From a virus, in IMG/VR virus record IMGVR_UViG_3300037297_000228: a stretch of DNA of 48,298 nt, one strand, 5' to 3'. Both the position numbers and the translations under genes were made by a program. Positions 25,630 through 32,089 of the stretch are shown one piece after another. The notes under the pieces were generated by a model, which worked only from the letters and a program-made list of their open reading frames with translations, did not search any database and was not told the DNA's origin. Position 1 is the stretch's first letter, and each line of letters opens with the position of its first letter.

Positions 25630-26445
25630 ATGCAAATAATTAAAACAAAAAATATAGATGGATATGATGTAATAATCGGGATTGGCGATGCTGGTGGGTT
25701 CATCGATCCTGAAGCAACAAAAAAAATTGTAAATGAAAAAATTAAAGATATTGAAGTTTTTAAAAACATCGAAAAAGTAAAAAAACAGATGGAACTATAT
25801 GCACAGCAAGCATTGCAGGCAAAAGAAAATTGCAAAACTGCAAAAACTAAAGCAGATCAAACAAAATTTTTTGAAGAATGTAAATTCAGGAAAAAACAAA
25901 TTGTTGAATTACAGGAGCAACAACTTTATCCTCTTGCGAAAGAATTAGATAATAAATATAAAGAAATGTTAATTGAAAATGCAATATATTTTGATTTACC
26001 TCCTACAGATTTTTTTATAAATGATGAAGAGGCCGAGATTATTAAAAATTTGATGATTGAAGCTACACAGGCAGGTGCAGTCGTGACCAAAAAAAAAGAA
26101 AAAATTATTGATAATAGAGGGAAAATTTTCTGGAATAAAAATGAAAAATGGGAAAAGACAATTATAGATATTCTAGGAATAGAAAAACCTGAAAATTCTA
26201 TTGAGGAAAAAAATCTTACTGAAGAACAAAAAATGGAAATAACTGAACAATTAGAAACTGAAAGAATAGAAAATTTATCAGCAGTAGAAAAAGAAAAAGA
26301 AAAAGATCTGCGTATTCAAGGGGCAATTGTTAGAGCCGGCCAAATGAAAAATGAATTAGAGATACAGGGGGATAATGCAGCGTTAAAGAAAGCTCAAGCA
26401 TGGTTATTAGAGGAAACAGAAAAGATAAATTTAATTTATTCATAA
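25630..26445 (+). CDS. Coiled-coil protein downstream of the fibre gene (possible fibre assembly/chaperone)
   Basis: 271 aa, Lys/Glu-rich, and the last gene of the late operon before a terminator. Function is inferred from position only. Confidence 0.5.
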   Translation: MQIIKTKNIDGYDVIIGIGDAGGFIDPEATKKIVNEKIKDIEVFKNIEKVKKQMELYAQQALQAKENCKTAKTKADQTKFFEECKFRKKQIVELQEQQLYPLAKELDNKYKEMLIENAIYFDLPPTDFFINDEEAEIIKNLMIEATQAGAVVTKKKEKIIDNRGKIFWNKNEKWEKTIIDILGIEKPENSIEEKNLTEEQKMEITEQLETERIENLSAVEKEKEKDLRIQGAIVRAGQMKNELEIQGDNAALKKAQAWLLEETEKINLIYS

Positions 26446-26470
26446 AAAAAGCCCCTATAATTAGGGGCTT
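26444..26470. terminator. Bidirectional terminator between convergent genes
   Basis: 9-bp stem AAGCCCCTA / TAGGGGCTT with a 4-nt loop. It is flanked by an A7 run that reads as a T-run on the minus strand. Confidence 0.75.
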
Positions 26471-26474
26471 AAAA

Positions 26475-27665
26475 TTAAAATTCCCAAATTTCAGAAACTC
26501 CTTCCGTAAAATGAGATGTTAATCCAGTTATAAAACTATATCTATATGTGTTTGCATCGTAAATAAAATATAAATAATCATTTGCAATTACGGGGCTTAA
26601 TGTTTGCTGCAAAGCTAAACCTGTTGATCTATAACCATCTCCTGTATAAAGACGAATTGATAATTGATATTGGTCGACGCTTGGAACATATCTAATTACA
26701 TGTCCAGAATTACACTCAATCCAGTATAATACATCTTCTCCATTTTCATAGCGAGTTCCAGCGGGGATAATAACAACTCCTTCAGAATATCCGGTATCGT
26801 ATGGACGCATTCTCCAATTCAGCATTGTTGAGCCATTTTCTACTAGTGTAGTTCCGTCCCAGGTGTAACCATTTTGACTATACCAAGTATCACCCGATTT
26901 TAGCCAATGATTAGCACCATTTAAAAAATTTGTTGTCCAACTTACTGCAATATTATTGATAATTGCAGTATGTGCACTTGAATTATAATCCCATATAGCA
27001 AAGCCGTTTTCAACTACAATTCTAATATTTGTTTTACTGCCGTTCAAATGTTTCCAGGCACCTGTTGTAATTTGTCCCCAAATATCGTCATTTAATACTA
27101 CTATTTTTTCGCAAAAATACTGATTATCAAACCAATTACCCTGTTCTATACTATTTAAATATATTTTTGTATAATCTTTATAAAGAGCTCCCATATCGTA
27201 AGCTTCTTGAGGGAGAATATGTTCTATAATCCAGATATCAGATTCACCTAAATTAATCTCTTCCTGAATTTCTCCCCTGGATGCAATATATTCAGGATTA
27301 ATTGCAACTGCATCAGGTTCAATTATAAGATTTCTACTTGCAATAGTTTCGCCTCTTTCGTCAAGTTTATAGATAACATTCCCTGATGTATAAATTCTGT
27401 TTGTTGCTTTTTTGATATTTCCAGTTTTCCACTCCCAGATAGTATTTCCATCGTAAAATTTGGTTGATTCTGATGTATAGAAAACTACCTTTACAGTTCC
27501 AAATTCTGCAGGTGGAACCGGACCAACTACCTCTACTGGATTATCTGCGTCAGGATTTGTAATAATTACTGTATTATCGTCATTATTATCAGCAGTATCA
27601 CTTCCTCCACAGTAAAAATTAAATGTTAGAAATATCATTAATAAAATTTTAATTATTTTTTTCAT
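26475..27665 (-). CDS. Secreted lipoprotein, beta-rich and Trp/Tyr/Asn-rich (396 aa)
   Basis: MKKIIKILLMIFLTFNFYCGGSD is a signal peptide with a lipobox Cys. The gene has its own SD (AAGGAGG), promoter-like boxes and a terminator. Confidence 0.8.
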   Translation of the reverse strand: MKKIIKILLMIFLTFNFYCGGSDTADNNDDNTVIITNPDADNPVEVVGPVPPAEFGTVKVVFYTSESTKFYDGNTIWEWKTGNIKKATNRIYTSGNVIYKLDERGETIASRNLIIEPDAVAINPEYIASRGEIQEEINLGESDIWIIEHILPQEAYDMGALYKDYTKIYLNSIEQGNWFDNQYFCEKIVVLNDDIWGQITTGAWKHLNGSKTNIRIVVENGFAIWDYNSSAHTAIINNIAVSWTTNFLNGANHWLKSGDTWYSQNGYTWDGTTLVENGSTMLNWRMRPYDTGYSEGVVIIPAGTRYENGEDVLYWIECNSGHVIRYVPSVDQYQLSIRLYTGDGYRSTGLALQQTLSPVIANDYLYFIYDANTYRYSFITGLTSHFTEGVSEIWEF

Positions 27666-27684
27666 GTTTTGTCCTCCTTTTTAA

Positions 27685-27712
27685 AATTTACTTAAAATTT
27701 TTTAAAAGTCAA
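27685..27712 (-). promoter_or_regulatory. Candidate promoter of the lipoprotein gene
   Basis: The minus strand reads TTGACT (27712..27707), a 16-nt spacer and TAAATT (27690..27685). Confidence 0.4.
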
Positions 27713-27729
27713 GTATAAAAATTTAAATA

Positions 27730-27876
27730 TTAAATTTTCTCCTTAATTTTATGTTGGCAATTAAAACATTTTTTTACTTGTGTTATCTTAGGATCATCGG
27801 TATAAAATGTAATTTCTTTGCCACACTCACATTCATATTTATACTCAAATTTTCCTATTTGTTTTACTTTTGGCAT
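27730..27876 (-). CDS. Zinc-ribbon-like microprotein, 48 aa
   Basis: MPKVKQIGKFEYKYECECGKEITFYTDDPKITQVKKCFNCQHKIKEKI contains CxC...CxxC. Its start overlaps the upstream stop (TAATG). Confidence 0.5.
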   Translation of the reverse strand: MPKVKQIGKFEYKYECECGKEITFYTDDPKITQVKKCFNCQHKIKEKI

Positions 27877-28028
27877 TAGAGACCTCTCTCATTCATAATT
27901 TTATATAAATTATGAAGTAAATCTTCAGAAATATTACAAAAACATTTATTTTCTAAAGCACCATATAAAAGAATAAGTTCATCATCTGTAAACATTCTGA
28001 AAGCTTCTAATAGTCTATTGTCTATCAT
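27876..28028 (-). CDS. Microprotein, 50 aa
   Basis: MIDNRLLEAFRMFTDDELILLYGALENKCFCNISEDLLHNLYKIMNERGL. It is tightly packed in the same operon. Confidence 0.5.
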   Translation of the reverse strand: MIDNRLLEAFRMFTDDELILLYGALENKCFCNISEDLLHNLYKIMNERGL

Positions 28029-28032
28029 AATG

Positions 28033-28182
28033 TTATTTCTCCTGATCTTCCTTTGTTTTTGCTATAACAGAAGTTGCCATCATAGGCATAAACCATTTAG
28101 GACAGAACGGCTGATCTCTTTGTTCTATACCAACATATTCTATATGTCCACAACCCACACATTCTATTTTTATTTTTACCAT
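28033..28182 (-). CDS. Cys-containing microprotein, 49 aa
   Basis: MVKIKIECVGCGHIEYVGIEQRDQPFCPKWF... contains CxxC plus a third Cys. Its ATG lies 2 nt after the upstream stop. Confidence 0.5.
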   Translation of the reverse strand: MVKIKIECVGCGHIEYVGIEQRDQPFCPKWFMPMMATSVIAKTKEDQEK

Positions 28183-28184
28183 AA

Positions 28185-28361
28185 TTATTTTCCTTTCAAA
28201 ATATTTTCTGAATCCCTGATTGCTCTTTTAACTGCGTTATATACTTCAACAGCAAGATCTATCTTGCGGATAGCTGATTGACTTTCTTCGCAATCCTGGT
28301 AATAAAGTCTATATTTTAATCCATCTATTTTAAAAATTCTTTTTTTAATAATTTTATTCAT
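28185..28361 (-). CDS. Microprotein, 58 aa, first gene behind cassette promoter copy 2
   Basis: MNKIIKKRIFKIDGLKYRLYYQDCEESQSAIRKIDLAVEVYNAVKRAIRDSENILKGK, preceded by AGGGAGGAAATT. Confidence 0.55.
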   Translation of the reverse strand: MNKIIKKRIFKIDGLKYRLYYQDCEESQSAIRKIDLAVEVYNAVKRAIRDSENILKGK

Positions 28362-28398
28362 AATTTCCTCCCTTTAGACTTTCTTAATTTGTTACTTA

Positions 28399-28427
28399 AA
28401 TATAACACTATATTGGTGTGTTGTCAA
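28399..28427 (-). promoter_or_regulatory. Promoter-operator cassette copy 2
   Basis: The minus strand reads TTGACA-ACACACCAATATAGTGT-TATATT, identical to copy 1 across the -35 box, spacer and -10 box. Confidence 0.65.
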
Positions 28428-28455
28428 GTAAAAAACAAAGTTTTCTAAAAAAAAT

Positions 28456-28806
28456 TTAATTTTTTATTATTCGAAAAATACCACCCATTTTTTGGATTAT
28501 GTCTCTAAAAATTTTTTGTTTTTTTGAAAGTTGCCCTGTTGCTTTTATTTCTTCTGCTGTAAATATTGCTATTTTTTCCCCGATCATATCCGGGGTAATT
28601 TCTACCTCTGTCCATCCGCAAAGATCCGGCCAACCTTCAGGTGCCGCATGAAGGGGAAAGGCATTTTCTATAATTGTATATTTACCCTTTTTTTGTATTT
28701 TACCAGACCATCCCATACCAGAATTAATTCTAAATAATCTTTCATTTTCTTTTAAATTTAATAATCGATTATTTATTATATCTCTTTCTTTATTTCCCAT
28801 ATTCAT
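28456..28806 (-). CDS. VRR-NUC domain nuclease
   Basis: GWPDLCGW...FTAEEIKATGQLSKKQKIFRDIIQKMGG matches the PD-(D/E)xK VRR-NUC pattern (PDL ... E-x-K ... Q). Confidence 0.7.
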   Translation of the reverse strand: MNMGNKERDIINNRLLNLKENERLFRINSGMGWSGKIQKKGKYTIIENAFPLHAAPEGWPDLCGWTEVEITPDMIGEKIAIFTAEEIKATGQLSKKQKIFRDIIQKMGGIFRIIKN

Positions 28807-28960
28807 AACCGCAATGAGGACATTTATTTTCTATTAATTCATATTCAAAAATTTCTTTATCGCATTTTAAACATAGGAAGGGAATATCAGGACATGGTTT
28901 ATTATATGGTTTTCTACAATCACCGTTATAATTTTCGTATTTGCAATTAATATGACACAT
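28790..28960 (-). CDS. Cys-rich zinc-finger microprotein, 56 aa
   Basis: MCHINCKYENYNGDCRKPYNKPCPDIPFLCLKCDKEIFEYELIENKCPHCGYEYGK. It overlaps the VRR-NUC start by 17 nt. Confidence 0.5.
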   Translation of the reverse strand: MCHINCKYENYNGDCRKPYNKPCPDIPFLCLKCDKEIFEYELIENKCPHCGYEYGK

Positions 28961-28967
28961 TTATTGT

Positions 28968-28997
28968 ATTATATAGAAGAAAGTGAAAAAAAGTCAA
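28968..28997 (-). promoter_or_regulatory. Candidate leftward promoter, divergent from cassette copy 3
   Basis: The minus strand reads TTGACT (28997..28992), an 18-nt spacer and TATAAT (28973..28968). Confidence 0.5.
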
Positions 28998-29015
28998 TAA
29001 AAATAAAAAAAGTAC

Positions 29016-29044
29016 TTGACAACACACATATATAGTGTTATATT
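29016..29044 (+). promoter_or_regulatory. Promoter-operator cassette copy 3
   Basis: TTGACA, a 17-nt spacer containing ACAC-ATATATA-GTGT, and TATATT. The downstream UTR (GGCTTCGGCCGGGGAGAAATTATG) matches copy 1. Confidence 0.7.
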
Positions 29045-29086
29045 TGAGTATAACAAATTATTTAAGGCTTCGGCCGGGGAGAAATT

Positions 29087-29263
29087 ATGAACGAAATTAT
29101 TAAAACTATAAAAAAACAATCAACAGAAATGCTCCAAAAGATAGTAATTGATTTAATGTATGATTATAGAGAAGGAACAGATCTTTCTTTTGATTATGTT
29201 CTAGCAGAGTTAGGTAGCAGAATGTCCGAAAAAGATTTTAATAAATTTTGTGATAATTTATAA
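29087..29263 (+). CDS. Microprotein, 58 aa
   Basis: MNEIIKTIKKQSTEMLQKIVIDLMYDYREGTDLSFDYVLAELGSRMSEKDFNKFCDNL, preceded by the cassette SD GGGGAG. Confidence 0.55.
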   Translation: MNEIIKTIKKQSTEMLQKIVIDLMYDYREGTDLSFDYVLAELGSRMSEKDFNKFCDNL

Positions 29264-29264
29264 T

Positions 29265-29456
29265 ATGAAAAAATTAACCAAGCAAGATAGATTAAGAATA
29301 ATAACTTCTATTTGTGCAGAAGAAGGGAAAGTTACTAAAAAAGTTATTGAACTTTATATAGAAGGGAATATTTCTTATGGAAGATATAAAGAAGCAATAA
29401 AAAAAGGATTAAATTATTATGAAAACAAAATGCGAATGCTGCAAAAAAAAGAATAA
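29265..29456 (+). CDS. Small protein, 63 aa
   Basis: MKKLTKQDRLRIITSICAEEGKVTKKVIELYIEGNISYGRYKEAIKKGL... The ATG lies 2 nt after the previous stop. The ORF-track GTG start at 29250 is less likely. Confidence 0.55.
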   Translation: MKKLTKQDRLRIITSICAEEGKVTKKVIELYIEGNISYGRYKEAIKKGLNYYENKMRMLQKKE

Positions 29457-29583
29457 AGATTGTACTTTATATTATACAATTTTTGGACATGCCTGGTTTT
29501 GTGTAGAATGTTTAAAAAAAGCTAAAAAAATGAATGAGCAAATGATAAAGAGTGGAATCGAATATGATTATAAAAAAATTTAA
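29419..29583 (+). CDS. Cys-rich microprotein, 54 aa
   Basis: MKTKCECCKKKNKDCTLYYTIFGHAWFCVECLKKAKKMNEQ... It overlaps the previous ORF by 38 nt in another frame. Confidence 0.4.
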   Translation: MKTKCECCKKKNKDCTLYYTIFGHAWFCVECLKKAKKMNEQMIKSGIEYDYKKI

Positions 29584-29621
29584 AAATTTGGGGGGGCGCT
29601 CCCTAAAAAAGGAGGGATGTT

Positions 29622-29759
29622 ATGAATAACAAAGAGCAAGCACTTTATTCTAAATTTATTAGTCTACCTGAAGGAATTGAAAAATATATTGCATGGGCCA
29701 AATATAACAATTATAAAAGAAAATTTTATAAACAAAAATCTAAAAGACATGAGCATTAA
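29622..29759 (+). CDS. Microprotein, 45 aa
   Basis: GGAGGG SD followed by ATG 29622. Sequence MNNKEQALYSKFISLPEGIEKYIAWAKYNNYKRKFYKQKSKRHEH. It ends inside the terminator stem. Confidence 0.45.
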   Translation: MNNKEQALYSKFISLPEGIEKYIAWAKYNNYKRKFYKQKSKRHEH

Positions 29760-29904
29760 TTTGCTCATGTCTTAACTTTTCAACAGGAATTTTATAAAAA
29801 ATTTTTTCATTCCATTCCTCCTGTTTTCCTTTGTTCCACTGCGCAACAGGACGGTAATATCCAACTACTCTACTATAAATTTCACATGGTATTTTTTTAT
29901 TCAT
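29740..29904 (-). CDS. NrdD C-terminal (glycyl-radical domain)-like mini-protein, 54 aa
   Basis: SRVVGYYRPVAQWNKGKQEEWNEK matches the RV.GY...WN.GK..E signature that surrounds the radical glycine of class III ribonucleotide reductases. ATG 29904 overlaps the helicase-gene stop (ATGA). The ORF-track start at 29943 lies inside the helicase gene. Confidence 0.55.
   Translation of the reverse strand: MNKKIPCEIYSRVVGYYRPVAQWNKGKQEEWNEKIFYKIPVEKLRHEQINAHVF
29744..29773. terminator. Bidirectional terminator (12-bp perfect stem)
   Basis: AAGACATGAGCA-ttaatt-TGCTCATGTCTT. T-rich sequence follows on the minus strand. It sits between convergent operons. Confidence 0.8.
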
Positions 29905-31445
29905 TTTCTTACCTTCAATTTTTTCTTTGCAAACCAAATCCATCCAGGCTTGTATCCTTTTATTTTTGCAATTATTGCAAGAAGAGGTACATTTATGGCA
30001 AAATTATTTTCGTTCGCTAATTGATGATAAGCCCAAAAAACAGAGTAACCGCAATCTTTTGCAATTGCAAGCATTTTTTTAACCGGTTCTTCCCCTTCAT
30101 TTTTCTTATATTCAAGAATTATTGAACAAATATTATCTTCATATTTTCTTTTTTCATCAAAATTCATTTCTGAAATTTTTACTGGAGTTTTTTCTTTTAA
30201 TTCGGCTGGAACTATTATCATCGGCTTACGGCAATCTTTTATTGTCTTATCCGGATTATGTGGGCAGGTACTACAATGCGGATTTGCGCAATACATAAAA
30301 TCAAGGTAAACACAAAGTTTCGGATTTCCTTTATCTTTTATTTTTTTTCTTTTTTGTGTCCCGTAAAAATTCCAGTTAATTTTTTCTAAATAATGAGGAG
30401 GGATACCTGGATATTCCGGCTCTTGATGTTCGAGCAGATTATTAACATGATCGAAAAATAGAGCATCTTTTTTGCCTCTAAATGGTCTTAAAATCCGTCC
30501 GATAGACTGAAAATAAACTGTCCTTGATAATGTCGGTCTGATAATTGCACCATAACTGACACGGGGAACATCTACTCCATATATAAAAACATCACAACCG
30601 CAAAGACCGTCAATTTCCCCAGCATTTAATTTTTCAACCAATTCAAATCTGTATCTATCAGACATCTTTCCGTCAATATTATAAAATTTAAATCCACTTT
30701 CCTGAAATTGCAAAGCCATTTTTTCAGCAGACTTTACAGATCTGCAAAAAATAAGTGCCTGTCTTCCAATTCCCCATTTGCGATAATGCTCAATAACTTT
30801 CCCGTAAATTTTTCGTCTCTGTAATAATATTTCAAGCTCTTCTTCATCATATTCGCTACCTCTAATTTTAATTTTGTCTAAGCCTTCAATCGGAGGTGAA
30901 AAATATCTAAGCGGACAAAGATAACCATTTTCTGTCAGCCAAGGAATTGATTTCCCTTCTATTAATATATTATATACTTCCGATAGTCCCCGTCCGTCTG
31001 TTCGTTCCGGTGTAGCAGTAAATCCGATTATTTTAGTTTTTTCCGGAAGATAATCTATAATTTTCTTTTGCCGATCAAGCATAATATGGCATTCGTCAAA
31101 AATTATTAAGTCAGGAAATTTTTTAATTTTTTTCAATCTTCTGATTAAACTATCTGAACTTATAACATGAACTAAAAACGCTTTACTTTCCTTAAATCCA
31201 GGCTTTATAAAATTATGAGGTACCGACCATTTTTGTAAATGTTTGCTGGACTGATTTAGTAATTCTTTTCTTGTTACGATAATCCAGACAGATTTTTGTT
31301 TTGAATATACTGATTCTGCCATTGATGCGAAAATAACAGTTTTACCACTGCCAGTCGCTGATTGAATACAAATTGATCTATGAATTGCCAGTTGTTTTCT
31401 TGCTTCAAGATATATTTCTTTTTGGTATTCTCTGAGGGCTTTCAA
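29901..31445 (-). CDS. SF2 DNA helicase (ResIII/DEAH-type plus Helicase_C)
   Basis: QSATGSGKT (Walker A), FDECH (motif II), FTATPER (motif III) and QSIGRILR (motif VI). A C-terminal Cys cluster is also present. Confidence 0.85.
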   Translation of the reverse strand: MKALREYQKEIYLEARKQLAIHRSICIQSATGSGKTVIFASMAESVYSKQKSVWIIVTRKELLNQSSKHLQKWSVPHNFIKPGFKESKAFLVHVISSDSLIRRLKKIKKFPDLIIFDECHIMLDRQKKIIDYLPEKTKIIGFTATPERTDGRGLSEVYNILIEGKSIPWLTENGYLCPLRYFSPPIEGLDKIKIRGSEYDEEELEILLQRRKIYGKVIEHYRKWGIGRQALIFCRSVKSAEKMALQFQESGFKFYNIDGKMSDRYRFELVEKLNAGEIDGLCGCDVFIYGVDVPRVSYGAIIRPTLSRTVYFQSIGRILRPFRGKKDALFFDHVNNLLEHQEPEYPGIPPHYLEKINWNFYGTQKRKKIKDKGNPKLCVYLDFMYCANPHCSTCPHNPDKTIKDCRKPMIIVPAELKEKTPVKISEMNFDEKRKYEDNICSIILEYKKNEGEEPVKKMLAIAKDCGYSVFWAYHQLANENNFAINVPLLAIIAKIKGYKPGWIWFAKKKLKVRK

Positions 31446-32089
31446 AATAAAACCCCTTGACTTCGTAATTCATCAAGACGCTTCACGCTATCTTTCCAGT
31501 AATCAATATCTTTTTCGATTGCAATAAATTCAAACTTTTCTAAATGACACGCACAGGCAAGAGATCCAGATCCGGAATGGGTATCTATTATTTTGTCTCC
31601 TGGTTTGGCATATTTTTGCAATAGCCATCGATATAATGCGATTGGTTTTTGATGCGGATGAATAGTTTTTATTTTTCCATTTTCCGTTCCTTTTAATGCC
31701 CCAGTCCATTGATGTCTATAAATAGAAATCGGACGATGATTTAAATTTGTAATTGCTATTTCGGCCTCACCCATATTTTGTTTTTCCCATTTACAAACCT
31801 TATCCCAAATAATAACATTTTTTGTAGGCCATCCAAATTTAAAATAATTAGCTCCCCATATTATATAATCTTTAGAAATTCTAATTAATTCGTTAAAATA
31901 ATTTTCATTTGGGATAGTATTATTTTTATATGTTGTTTTTTTATTTTTATGTCTTGAAAATTTATTTTTGTTCCATGTTTTTCCGATCCCATAAGGCGGA
32001 TCAACAATCGCAAGTTCAAAATATTTATCAGGTATATCAGCCATAATGTCCATGCAATCGGCATGTATTATTTTATTTAATTTTATCAA
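31442..32089 (-). CDS. DNA methyltransferase (N6-adenine/N4-cytosine, DPPY type)
   Basis: IVDPPYGIG, TIHPHQKP and THSGSGSLACA motifs. 215 aa. Confidence 0.85.
   Translation of the reverse strand: MIKLNKIIHADCMDIMADIPDKYFELAIVDPPYGIGKTWNKNKFSRHKNKKTTYKNNTIPNENYFNELIRISKDYIIWGANYFKFGWPTKNVIIWDKVCKWEKQNMGEAEIAITNLNHRPISIYRHQWTGALKGTENGKIKTIHPHQKPIALYRWLLQKYAKPGDKIIDTHSGSGSLACACHLEKFEFIAIEKDIDYWKDSVKRLDELRSQGVLF

Noticed and set aside
25033-25835. 200-aa and 107-aa minus-strand ORFs antisense to the tail-fibre gene and the downstream gene
   Set aside because: They are Leu-rich shadow ORFs of coding sequence, with no ribosome-binding site. The sense-strand genes have family motifs and synteny support.
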